Shown here piece after piece: positions 36,245-48,690 of a stretch of DNA of 64,000 nt; within the stretch, counting starts at the first letter, position 1, and each line of letters begins with the position of its first letter. The translations under genes and the position numbers were made by a program. The notes beneath the pieces are model-generated. The model saw only the letters and a list, made by a program, of their open reading frames with translations, did no database searches and had not been told where the DNA came from. The stretch lies in assembly GCA_964270895.1 (NCBI GenBank), contig OZ185441.1. One strand, written 5' to 3'. Source of the DNA: Podarcis filfolensis (lineage: Eukaryota).

Positions 36245-36580
36245 AATAATAATATTTTTTATACCCTGCCCTCCCTGGCCAAAACCGGGCTCAGAGCAGC
36301 TAACATCAAATATATAACACATCATGATAAAATCAGGCAGTCAAATTAAAATATATCCTAAAATCGTATCAGAATAAGAGTAAAATCCAGTCAGATTGGG
36401 GACCTTAAAAAAGCTGGGAGGCCACTTGTCATACACGTTCTTATAAAAGGGAAGGAGGAGTCAGACTGAATCCTGACCAAAGGCCTGGCAGAACAGCTCC
36501 GTCTTGCAGGCCCCTGAGGAAAGATGTCAAGTCCCACAGGGCCCTGGTCTCTTTTGGCAGCGCATTCCACCAGGCCAGTG
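36245..36580 (-). mobile_element. L2-like 3' end
   Basis: TTTATACCCTGCCCTCCC...GGGCTCAGAGCAGCTAACA; CGCATTCCACCAGG. Confidence 0.6.
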
Positions 36581-36728
36581 GACTCTGATGTGGACAAACA
36601 CAGTGCTCAAAATTCAATGACAGTAAACATTCATTTGTGAATGTTACAAATCCCCAAGAATCAGATGGTACGTGTCCACGTTGAAAACGACAGGTTCATA
36701 TTGTATCCCACCTCCCTCTCATAGCATC

Positions 36729-37276
36729 TGTCAGGATCAAGAGTTAATTAATAAAGAGTGAATTAGCAAAAACAAGATCAGGCCTAATGAGCACAGCAAC
36801 TCATCTTTAGTAGGTCTTACCACCATGAGGCAGTTGCGGAAACTGAAAGTCCCTGCCTTCTCGCAGCTGTCTAAGTCCCCTCCTCTCCAGGGTATTTTCC
36901 CCAAGCAATCAGTCTGCTTGTTGCCAATCACTCCTCCGCCCTTTACATGCCTCTTCTGGTTCTGGGAGACAAGCTTGTCACAGAAGGAGGGGGGGACACC
37001 TGCGACTCTTGACCAGCCTCACTCACCTCTGCCTCTTGACCTCCTCTCCTGCTTCAGCCTCTGCCTCTCATTCTGAACTTCTCTCTGTCACAGACTCTTC
37101 CAGCTCATTAAGCCCTGTTACTCCTTCAGCTTCTGACACCTCCTCTTCCTGATCTTCTCCCCCTGACCACTCATGGTTGTCCCACTACCACCACTCCTAG
37201 GGCTCTGAGCCTTCTTCCTTTGGGGGTTCCCCAGCTGGTTCCTCGCACCATTCCACTGCATCCAACCAGCCCACCA
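36729..37276 (-). mobile_element. Solo LTR
   Basis: TG...CA termini, 5-bp TSD GCATC (36724-36728 and 37277-37281). Confidence 0.75.
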
Positions 37277-37412
37277 GCATCTCATTCAACTAACCATCAT
37301 TACCACCATCATTCTCTTAGCATCACTGCAATGTATATTGTTTTCCCACCATTGCTATACATCATCGACTACTGCTGGTATGGGTAGGGGGCATACAGGG
37401 CAGTCTTTACAG

Positions 37413-37550
37413 CAGAAGTGAGGAACCTGTGGCCATCCGGATGTTGCTGGACTACAACTCCCAGCATCCCTGATCATTGCTCATGCTGGCGGGGGCTGAT
37501 AGGAGCTGGAGTCCAAAAGCATTTGAAGGGGCACAGGTTCCTCACCCCCA
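37413..37550. mobile_element. hAT-type MITE
   Basis: TIR GTGAGGAACCTGTG, 8-bp TSD CTTTACAG/CTTTATAG. Confidence 0.75.
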
Positions 37551-37746
37551 CTTTATAGACATCTTGTGTTTCATACACTATTTTGTCCTTTCCTGAGGCT
37601 CACTGCTGGATCTCAGCAGTGATGCAAACATCTTTTTCAGTCTTCACTTGTGTATCTCTAAAAATTGGCGGAATCTGTACCTTTGTTTGTTTGGATGTTC
37701 ACACAGTTCACAGGGTGTGTGGACTGTGAGTACTGGATGAGAGCAT

Positions 37747-38343
37747 TGTCACAAAAGTTGTGTGCCACCCTCAATCTCTGCAAGATTACTGGGGGCTCCA
37801 GGCGCTCCCCCAGGGTCTGTGTTCTTTTGGACAACTGAGACACGGCAGAGACTGTCGAAGCTTTAAGAAATATGGTTTATTCACCTATTTACACCATCAG
37901 TCTGCATGGGGGAGTACAGATCTTACGGCACGGTCATTTCAAGAGCGGCTTGTCCCCCACAGCAGAGGAGTCCAAGGCATCCCTCTCAGCCAGCCTGCCC
38001 AAGATGGATCCCAGTCCTTCTTTTTCCTTCTCCTTCCCAGAACACCTTGCTAAAAGCTTTCTTTTCCTGTCACCTCACACCCAGTTGCCCTGGCAACGTT
38101 CCAAACCACCAGTCTCTGTTCACACCTCAGGGCAAAAGGGGAGGACAGTTCTCTTGCATTGCCAATGGCTCTCAATGGCCATGTATTGTTTCTTTAATGG
38201 CCCTTGCTTGGCCAGGTCATTTTGCATAGGCTAGCCCAGGAATGCCTCTGCAACTTGTATTTCTCCCTTTACATCCCAAGTAATCAAAATTCTAGCATTC
38301 ATTAATTTCTAGGGTTGGGGAGGTGTCCCCCCAATCTATAACA
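37747..38343. mobile_element. LTR-like repeat, boundaries uncertain
   Basis: Starts TGTCAC, GGTTTATT motif as in the other LTRs; no TSD found. Confidence 0.35.
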
Positions 38344-38621
38344 CTATTAGCATTACTTCATTGATATGATATTTACAAGACAGTGTTAATCACTAATACA
38401 TTTACTAAACAGGCAACTCTGATTCAGTGTAAATTGAAGAAAGTCACATTTGGTCCTGAGTTTAGAAACTTTCTGTCACATTAAAGAGTTGGGGGGGAGG
38501 GAGGAATATTACCTGTACTGAAGTCACTTGAAAATCATCCCCTCAACATTGCAAAGCCAGTCTTTTAATTCCTACACTGCATTATCATGAAGAGCATTGC
38601 TAACTCACCTAATGACTTCAG

Positions 38622-39483
38622 TGTTACGCCCAGAAGGGCTGATTTTATTTATTTATTACAACAGTAATTAGTGCAGTACAAATTAACGTGGTACAGCCCT
38701 GGTCCTAGTCAGCAAGTTCAGCTTCATCAAATAGCTCATATCGAACATATGGGCTCGCTCTAATTATATTTTATTAAGGAACTCTGCTCATTAATTCCAT
38801 TTGGCTCATTTAGATTGCGGAGGCATGCGAGACTGAAGGTTCATGGGCAGATTAAAATGCAACTAGATGGTGACATGCAACAACACTGCACCCTCTATTC
38901 TGCCACCCCCTCACCAACTCACCTTACACTGCAGCTATTCCAGGGCAGAGACGGGGGGAACTCAGGGCTACGAACAGCAGTGGTGGGGCTGGAGTCAGAA
39001 TACAAAATGGCGGACAGTGTGCCTGTCAGGGAATAAGTTTTATAAAGCGCGGAAGCTACCAGACCATTCTGGAACATTCTGGCGTTTCATTTGTAAAGTC
39101 TTCTGGAAGGAACAGAAAGCGCAGCTGCTGTTTACCAGGCTGTGCGCTATCTCTAAACTACTTTGAAGACAGCTGTCTACTGGGGAGTCCATTTACTCTT
39201 CTTTCATACTACACTATAGGTTTACTTCACTTTCATTTCATTGTTGTGTGGTGCATTTTTACTGCTGGAAACTGGATTTTGCTCTAAACGAGCTACGTTT
39301 GCCTTGCTAGGCAGCTAGCAAAGAACTGTACGCTTTATACCTTAGTAAATCTTTAATAAAGACTTTTACCGACTGTGTGAGTTTCTGGAATCCACGCATC
39401 TGCCAGACTTCTGCTAATCAAACATGAAGACGGGAGCGTCTCTGGTTTTTTTAGCATCGTTACTCGTCAGTGCCATCCTATCA
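38622..39483 (+). mobile_element. LTR-like repeat, boundaries uncertain
   Basis: Starts TGTTAC, CpG-containing, AATAAA near 39355, ends ATCA; no TSD found. Confidence 0.35.
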
Positions 39484-39759
39484 ATGTCAAGGTCTACATA
39501 TAAGACACTGTGATCTGGCATCCTAAATTTGGCAGAGGGGACAAAGTAATGCTCTTGAATCTTGTGACCAACAGCCCTTAAAAACCCTTTCAAGGTGGCT
39601 TTTCATGGAATATTTAATATATTAAATGCCATACCATCCAACTGCCCTGAAAATGCTAGGACCTTCCTGAAAACCCTGTAGCCATCACAGCTTCTCATGG
39701 TGTCACAGAGACTCCCAAATTCCCAAGGGGCCTTCTCTTCAGTACAGCGTTTCAGCATA

Positions 39760-40014
39760 CAATGGTACCTTGGGTTAAGAACTTAATTTGTTCTGGAGGT
39801 CCGTTCTTAACCTGAAACTGTTCTTAACCTGAGGTACCACTTTAGCTAATGGGGCCTCCTGCTGCCGCCGTGCCACCATGCGATTTCTGTTCTCATCCTG
39901 AAGCAAAGTTCTTAACCCGAGGTACTATTTCTGGGTTAGCGGAGTCTGTAACCTGAAGCATCTGTAACCTGAAGTGCCTGTAACCTGAAGTGTCTGTAAC
40001 CTGAGGTACCACTG
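39760..40014. mobile_element. Tc1/mariner-type MITE
   Basis: TA-flanked TIRs; internal (TGTAACCTGAAG) repeats. Confidence 0.85.
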
Positions 40015-40250
40015 TATTACTGTTTAAGAACTTCCAAGAAATAGGAGTTCACCGCCTTTTGTGGGAGTCTGTCCCACCACCAAACAACTCTTACTATCAG
40101 AAAGTTCTTCCTGATGTTCATGTATACTACACATCCCAGGCAGCGATACAGCTGGGTAATTTAAGACTCTGGACTTCACAGTTGCAGTGGGGTGTGTGTC
40201 TTTAGATGGAAATGTGTATTACTGCACTTACTGGTCTTATGGGGGTGCTC

Positions 40251-40635
40251 TTTTTTTGAATATTTTATTTTCCAGAATTTTTGAAACAACCATTTCCCAT
40301 CCATCCTAACACCAAATTCATCTTGTTTGACTTCCCCCCTCCCTCCCCGGTTTCCATTTTTAAAAAAATTATCCCCTTGCGTATCATTAGTTTTCCGATT
40401 AATTTTCACTTCTTCATTTTTTACTGAAATACCAACTTGCTTCATAAATGCTACACCAACCCTGCTATTGTTTTAACATATTTACAGTGTTCTTTAATGT
40501 TCTTTATAAATTTAATCCAATCTTGATCAAATTTCTTCTCGTCTTGATGTCTGATCTTTATGGTAAGTTTTGCCATTTCGGCATACTCTAGCATCTTAAT
40601 TTTCTATTCTTATTTCATTGGTACACCATCTTCTT
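40251..40635 (-). mobile_element. L1/Tx1-like LINE 3' end
   Basis: Minus strand reads KMLEYAEMAKLTIKIR..DEKKFDQDWIKF; AATAAA and A-tail; 16-bp TSD with 2 mismatches (40235-40250 and 40636-40651). Confidence 0.8.
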
Positions 40636-43487
40636 TCCTATGGGGTTGCTCTATAAATGTCAATATTTATTTCTTTACTTGCTTCAAAATGTGGTAAGCC
40701 AACTCCTCTGCTTTTGCAGATCCTTCTTCTCTGTCTTCCGAGTGGGGCACTGGATGTCCATCCTGGCAGAATTACTTTGAGGATACTTTGGCAGACTTTA
40801 TGGCTTCCATACGGAGTTTGAAAACGTTTGTGCTAATTGATATACTAGACACAACCAGTGCACATTCTATGTGCTAACTCCCATTTGTACCCTTAGGGTT
40901 AAGGCAAGCTGTGTGTGGGTTATTGCCAACATATCATTTCCATTTATCTGAGGCTTGTTAATCCCCTCACCTGCCAGACAGAGTTGTTAGGTGACATCAT
41001 GTTCTCTTTCCCATTTGTGCCATTTTCCGCTGATGCCTTTTGCTCCTGGTGACGTGAACGTGCTTAGCTAGATGTCTCCAGATTGTCTGGGCAGAATGTT
41101 TTCCTACAAGAACACTCATCTCCATGCATTATGTGAAGTCTTCAGTTATGAAATGGGGACAGACTTGTAGAGCTTCTGTTGCAATTACTGCATACACAAA
41201 AGGGCACACGTCCTTGTTAAAAGTGGGGGCTGTAATTCAGCAGTTCCTGATAATGTACACAATAAAAGGCTTGAATTGTAATTGAAGGTAGCTTGCAGCT
41301 GACTGTTAAACTACACAGCAGACATTGTATATGCTAAGCTGGGTGCTTCTTTTGTGCTCTGTTTTTCTGTTTCAACATTTGAAAAACTATATGAAAAAAG
41401 GCAATCTTTTGAGACTCTGAAAAGCAGAATTATATGATTGTTGTATCCATGCATGATGAAACATCCATACACACATCTAAGAGGGCAAGAGGAATTTGAC
41501 TTCTGTGAATTTTGATGTGAACTGACCTGCCGTCTGCTCCAAGTGTGTGGATCAGAATGCAATTATCTTTCACATTTTGCATGGCTCCAAATGTTGCAAT
41601 ACAGTTCTTAGCTTAAGCACCAAGATGCTTTAAAAATGCCTGTTTCAAGATAACACACCTTTAGAAATGTGTACACTGAGATGAAATAATATACCTCTTT
41701 AAATAGACATTTTGCGAATAAATCACTTGGATCACCTGGGGAAATTATACTTGTGCCACCTACAGCATATCATAAGGTGGTAACCCCAAAATGGGCATTT
41801 TTTGCAGTTGCCTCGGTGCTGTGGAATGCCCTTTTCTCTGCCGTACGTGAAGCAGCAACCATCACTTGCTTCAGATACCACATAAAGACGTATCTTTTTG
41901 TCCAGTCTTTCCCTGACTCATAAGTTTAGACCCTGTTTCATGTGAATCCCCCAAATCTGTTTCTTGCTTGCTTGTACTAGCAGAAAGTGCCTGGCATTGC
42001 CCAGGAAGTCTAAGAACCCCCAAAATATTGTGATTTTTAAATGGATAGCATGATTTGTAGGTTTTTTGGACATGCATACATACTGATACAGGGTTCAGCG
42101 CATCCAACAGCATTCAAACGTACATGAAAACCATCTCCTCCACCTCAGGAAACCTCGTTTGTGACCATCACACCACATTGTGTGATGTCATGGGCAAGTC
42201 ACATTTCGGTTCACCATCTCGATTCAAAAGAGCATCTGGTGTCCAAATGAAGACCACTGCCTCCTCACTGGGAACCCTCATGCTGAGTTGGGAGACAATA
42301 TCTCAAGAGGCATCTAAACTGGCACAGTTGCAACTCACCATGCAATAGTGGGTGAAACCAAGTAAAACTGGGAAATGATATCTTCAGAGGTGTCCATATC
42401 ACCTCTGATTTTTGGACCCATCATGCCAAAAATCAGGTGAATTGGTGCCCATCATCCTAATGTGGATGAAGATTGCCACCTGCACCTCAGGAACTCTTGT
42501 GCCGAGTTTGGTGATGATATTTTGAGAGCAAGTGTGCCGAGACCTTGTGCCGAGTTTGGTGGTGATATTTTGAGAGACAGCTTAGCCGTCTGAGGCCCAG
42601 GGCAAGTGCACTCGGCTGTCCCCACCTGCTCTCCAGAGGCCTGGTTGTTATCAGAAGTATGCTGCCTTCTGCCTTGGAAATTTCATCAAGTCATTTTGGC
42701 TCATAGAAACATTCTCTGTGGATTTAACCAATCCATTTTGGAAGCCAACTAAATGGATGGTCATCACCATGTCCTCTAACAGTGAATTCATGAATTCATA
42801 TGTGCTGGGCTGCCATGTCATTTTCAATTTGCAACACATGTCATAATAATCTCCTGATACCTGAACTGAGGGTCTTGACATCTGCCCTAGGTTACGGCAT
42901 TCACCTGGATCCCAGGCCATGACACCCTGGTATCATTCCAACATTCCTCAGATGAAAATAGAGACATTTTCACCGGAGGAACGTTGGAGGGTATGTGGTT
43001 TGTGTGTTGTTGGTGTACATGTGATTTAAAATCGGAAACTTGATTTAAAAAAATTATTATTAAAACCAGCAGTGCTGTAAAACCTGGTGGTGGTGTTTTG
43101 TTAAGTTATCTTGCGATTAATGTTAACTGAATATTCACAAAACAAAACATAAAAAACTAAAGTGACACCACAACACCCCTGTCAGCCAAACAACCACTGC
43201 CCAAGACACTTGCTTTCCTTAGTGAGATGAGTGAGAAGCTACTTCTGGTTAAACGGAATGCACCACTCATACATGGCAACTCCATGTTGCCTCTTCTCTC
43301 AAGATAGGGGCAGCTTTAAAAACAAACAAAAACAGTTCGGTAATCACATTTCAATGGCATAGAAAATAAGAATATAGGTGTCTCTTTTGGCTCCTGGGAG
43401 GCTGAGCATCTGTTGAAAGGCCAGTGAGTTGGTTCACAAAGCAAAGGGCAGGGATGGAATATGGTTGCTGGTCTAGAATAATGGGTT

Positions 43488-43861
43488 AGGGATGCTGGTA
43501 GCACTGTGGTTTAAACCACTGAACCTCTTGGGCTTGCTGACTGGAAGGTCAACGGTTCGAATCCATGCGATGGGGTGAACTCCTGTTGCTCTGTCCCAGC
43601 TCCTGCCAACCTAGCAGTTCAAAAGCACGCCAGCGCAAGTAAATAAATAAGTAAATAAATAGGTACTGCTGTGGCAGCAAGGTCAACAGAGTTTCCATGC
43701 ACTCTGGTTTCCGCTTTGGTGTTCTGTTGCACCAGAAGTGGTTTAGTCCTGCTGGCCACATGACCCAGAAAGCTGTCTGTGGACAAACACCAGCTCCCTC
43801 GGCCTGAAGCGAGATGAGCGCATCACCCCCATAGTCGTCCAGGGGTCCTTTACCTTTACCT
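43488..43861 (+). mobile_element. Sauria SINE, older copy
   Basis: Body similar to 5586-5933; CCTTTACCTTTACCT tail. Confidence 0.82.
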
Positions 43862-44127
43862 AGAATAACGGCTTCAGGCAGGAGGCAGGAGGGCTCTGAC
43901 AGAGTCCTGGAGTCCATCCACCTTCTTCCCAAAGCCTAGCAAACACTAACTAGGCTTTAGGAAGGAGCCCTCATGCCTTCTTCCCAAATCCACTGTTGCT
44001 CCAGGAGCTGCTTCCATAGCCCCCATCCACTGGCTGGGGGAAATTGGGACGCCCTGTGATCAAGTCAGAAGCTGTGATGGTTTTAGGAGTTTTGTCACTG
44101 TCTCATACTTGGAGGTGAAACAAAATT

Positions 44128-44200
44128 TAAAAATTCCTTCCAGTAGCACCTTAGAGACCAACTAAGTTTGTTATTGGTATGAGCTTTCGTGTGTATGAGA
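44128..44200. mobile_element. Penelope-like element terminal fragment
   Basis: CCAGTAGCACCTTAGAGACCAACTAAGTTTGTT...GAGCTTTCGTG, recalled as a squamate PLE end. Confidence 0.45.
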
Positions 44201-44601
44201 TGTTTCTCAGTAAGTGAAGTGGTGGCGTGATGAAGGGAATAAGAAAGCAGTCCTCAGCATTTCCTGGTTATAGGAGCATCCATTCTTTTACTGGAGTCTC
44301 TTGGGAGAAAATACTGGTTTTAAGGGATAGTTTCGAGAGTCATTATCAGGAGTGCTTTGGACACTCTGCCAATACATGGAGATCTTCAGTGCTGAAAGGG
44401 CATGTCATAATCCATCTGCTGCTTGCAGTAGATGAAGTGCACATAATTATACAAACTCATATCTGAAGCATATGTGGCAATCCATGATAATTAGGTCTGA
44501 TTATTATAAATGTCCAGTTTTTGCACCGCACTGTTTTTATTATGTAAATTTGGTTTAATGAAATGGTTGCAGGTTTAGAACTTCAGGCTTGTTTAATGGT
44601 T

Positions 44602-44698
44602 GTGGGGGTGTGAGATGATCAGTATAAATACCAGCGTCTCACAGGAGGAGAGCATCACACTCACCTGCCAGACTCCTATCATCACAGCTGAAGCCAAG
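44602..44698 (+). promoter_or_regulatory. Core promoter and non-coding exon 1 of serpin gene C
   Basis: GTGGGGGTGT 44602-44611, TATAAA 44623-44628, donor AAG|GTAAGC after 44698. Confidence 0.8.
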
Positions 44699-44911
44699 GT
44701 AAGCAGCTCTCCTTTCAAGCATCCATGCAGCCTTGTGTTGGGTGATGTGCATCTTTACAGCAGTTCTTTTATCATGAGTAGTTCTTCAAAATTGTGGGTT
44801 TGGTGATAGAATGTATTGCAGTGCAGAAGTAGGAACAAGTATATCTGTATTCTGAAGGATCCTGAAATGATGAGCTGTTTTGGTCTTCCCTCAGAGCTTT
44901 TGAATTCCATC

Positions 44912-45079
44912 ATGACCACCCTGCCTGAAGCCAATGCTAAATTTGGAGTCGACTTTTTCAAAGTGTTGACCACTGAGCACCCATGCGACAACCTCGTGTT
45001 CTCCCCTGCGAACCTCACCGCAGGCCTGGGCCTACTCGCTTATGCATCTGGTTGTGAACAAGCAGATCAGATTGAGAAG
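44912..45079 (+). CDS. Gene C exon 2
   Basis: MTTLPEANAKFGVDFFKVLTTEHPCDNLVFSPANL...QIEK; 168 bp. Confidence 0.93.
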
Positions 45080-48000
45080 GTGGGTCTAATCAAGCAGTAG
45101 AGATGCAGCCTTCAGACTGGGCTCATCATTAGCAGATACCTTTCCATCACCGGTCATATTTGATACAAGTTGAGAAATGATCTCACTGTGGCTTGATCCA
45201 GTAATAAGCCCAGTCAACGTCTCTGCACAAAATCCCATAAATGTGCAGAGATCAAAGAATATTGCATCACTAGGCATGGAGTAGAAATTTGGTTGAATGG
45301 AATGGAAATCTTCCAAATTTGTAGTTTTCAAAACAATGTATGAGCCAAAAACAGCTCTTTTTTAATAGATTTGTACTTACCTGTACTTATTTTGTAAAAG
45401 TAATATTTACAAAAAATCATATATTAGGGGGAAATGTGCATAAAAATGAAGATATTAGTGAAAGTAGCATAACACATGCATTATACTGGGGAAATTACTT
45501 GCAGAAATGTGTACATTAGTAAAAGAAAATGCATCTAAAAATGGGTTTATTAGGAGAATTTCACACTAAAATGCTTGTGATTAAAAAAATAGCAAACTGT
45601 TGGAGAACTAAATTTAAGATTCGATTCCTTCAGGTCTCATCCTATATGAGATTTGTTGCTATCATCTCAAGGCAGAACCATAGATTGCCTAAAGTTTGTT
45701 TCAAAGATTAGTATGCAGGAAGATATCCATCCTGCCAATGTCACATATGATCTAAGAGTCATGTGAATCGTCCCTAATATACATATCAGGATAATAGGTG
45801 CTGCTGTTATAATATTGCCTGTGCAACTGAAGCAATGTTCCAATTTCATTCAAGGTCCTGCATTGGGATGAAGTGAAAGAGTGTGACAAACCCAGAAGCA
45901 GGAGCCTGGGACATTCAACAACCAGACTAAGAAGGGTATGTAGAAGAACGCTTGGATAAAGGTGTATTCCTCCCCTGCCCATAGAACCCAGCTTGCATAT
46001 TAGTATTATCTCCTGTTATCTCAACATCAAATCCATGCCTGTTGGGAAGAAACATATCTGAAGGAAGAACAGAGGCAGCGAGCAGTCAATCAATGAAAGC
46101 GCAAATGTCACTTTCACAAATACATTTGAAACAAAATTTTCAGATGTGAAGTTAACTGCCCCTCCTTAAGTTGAATGGGGAATACAGCCTGCAATTATTT
46201 GTGGTATATTTGTGGCTTCTCATTTGTGGTATCAGTGCAACATTGGGAAAACTATAGAGTTCTATGAGTCTACTTATGGATACGTACATTTTGTAACTTC
46301 ATTGCAGGCACAAGAAAAAGTTGAAACCTGCCCCAGACCAAGACCGCGTCCTGAGCCAACCAAGCCTGAAGCAACTCGCCCCAGACCAAGACCCCGTCCT
46401 GAGCCAACCAAGCCTGAACCAACTTGCCCCAGACCAAGACCCCGTCCTGAGCCAACCAGGCCTGAGCCAACTTGCCCCAAACCAAGACCCCGCCCTGAAC
46501 CAGAGCAACCTAAACCTTGTGACAAGAGACGAGTCATTCACCGCCCAGCTCCTTGCCCTGAGCCCGAGCCCGAGCCCGAGCCACGTTGTCCTAGACGCGT
46601 AAGTTGTGAAACATCTGGAGAGTTTCATCTAGATGATTTTTTCTTTATTTTTTATTTAAAATTTAGGGGGCTGTCTCTAAGCATTCTACATGGTACACAC
46701 AACTTGTGATAAAATCGACAGGAAAGTAGGAATGAAACCGCTAAATTCTTGCTTAGATGTGAAGTTCACTGGGTGATGTTGAGTCAGTCACCATCAACCC
46801 CCATCTAACGTTGCTGTGAGCATAAAATTGAGTAAATCACAAGAAAGGTGTGCTGGGCTGCCTGCAGGGATTCAGATGTGATAAACGTTTACTTCAGAGT
46901 AGGCATTCCTGAGTTCAGTATAACTTTCAAGCATTCCTGCCTGAGATAAGGGTATAGATTTTCTTTCTCACAAGACAAACCCTTAAGAAGCAGCCAGGTG
47001 TCATGAGAATTAACCTTCTATTTTGAATCCTTAGGATGTTCCCTGCTACGAGTGTGAGGAGCCTGAAGGCATCCATACAGCATTCAGCAAAATCCTTGCG
47101 ACTCTTAATGAGCCCAGCAGCAACTATACCCTGAGCTTTGCCAACAAACTCTATGGAAACAATGACATTGCCTTCATCCAGGTAATGCTAATTTTGGCTC
47201 CTATGGGTGCTTCACTGTACTGTGAGAACCAAGTGCACATTGCAACCTGCAATTGACTGTATTCTACATAAATGGGCTCATCATCTACTGGTGTCTGTCA
47301 AAGCTGTGCCTCATTCCCAGGCCATCAGAGGAAATGATAACAATTACTTGCTCTACAAAGTGCTTTACCTACAAAATCCAGTGATGGTGGTGGTGGTTGC
47401 TGTTGCTTTTATTATTATTATGTATTATATTTATACCCCACTCATTGGGAGGAATTGGGAGGAACTGAATTTCTGAGGGCATTAGGCAGCAATTGGAAAA
47501 TTCCCAAATGAGAAAGGTGATTATGGATAATATATGGATCCAATGTTTTCTTGTTCTGTTCAGAAATTCCTTTACTGTGCTCTGAAACTGTACTTGACTG
47601 AAGTGGAGAACGCTGATCTGCATAATGCCCCAGAGGAAGTAAGGAGACTCATCAACCTTTGGGTCGAAGTCCAGACACATGGTAAGACCACAGCACACTC
47701 CAATGACTTCTTGATATAACTTTCATGACAGGGAGGTCATGATTTTTATTCTGCAAACTAGGAACCAATTAAATCTTACTGAACCGACAATCAGTTAAGA
47801 GCCCATTGTGGAATAGCCTCTACTCTCTTCCAAACCAGAGGAAAGGTCAGATTATCAAAACAAATGAAACTGGTGCCCATAATATTTTGTTTATTAAAAC
47901 ATTTAAATACCTCCATTCGGCTGCAAAGGACCACTCAGGGTATAATTAAGTACTTCATCTATCAAGTTGCTTAATTTATCTTCTATAAATAGTGAGTTAG

Positions 48001-48658
48001 AAGTTTTATGCTAACTCATACAGTGTAATATTATAACTAAAATCTGAATATATATATTTTTTATTTTTAAGAAAACCTACTATATCCATTTCTTTCCCAG
48101 GTAAGATCAAGGACCTTCTCCCCAAGGACAGCTTTGACTGCCTTGTTCAGCTCCTGCTGGTGAATGCTCTCTACTTCAAAGGACAATGGGAAGTGAAATT
48201 TGACAAAGAGCTCACAGAAGAAGCTCCCTTTTACCCTCATCATGCAGATGAGGTGAGTTAGAAACATATTCCTAGCTTCCTTGCTTCTTTTGTGCAGAGA
48301 CAATGTACCTTGTAACTTCCAGAATACACGTTTAGTGTTGGAGTTGAGTTGCCCCAATGAGGTCTTGATGGAGGTCACTTGAAACACTTGGTGCAAGGAA
48401 GGCTCTGCAATGCTGGACGGTCATCACCCCTTTTAGTTGAAGATGATGGCCCAAAACTAGAGTTAGCTGTCCTAGAGCCCCACTGCTAACAATGGGGTTT
48501 AATTTGGCCACTTGATACCAGTCCAATTGATTTCAATTTAGTAGGATTGTTGCTGAAATTACAAAAGAGAATAATCTGCTGTCTCCCTTTTCTTTTTCTC
48601 TGGGAGGTGTTTTTTGTTTTGTTTTTTTTGTTTTGCAATGCCGAATCTCATGCTGTCA

Positions 48659-48690
<32 letters not shown>

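Noticed and set aside
42651-42920. Possible transposase fragment
   Set aside because: No recognisable DDE or hAT motif; cannot be supported without a search
46326-46517. CRISPR-like array
   Set aside because: Contiguous coding repeats without unique spacers, in vertebrate DNA
46270-46628. Antisense ORFs with GSGRGLGLG or QAWLAQDG repeats, and alternative-frame ORF 46321-46602
   Set aside because: Shadows of the 48-bp coding repeat; only the 46308-46598 frame has splice sites in phase with the neighbouring exons
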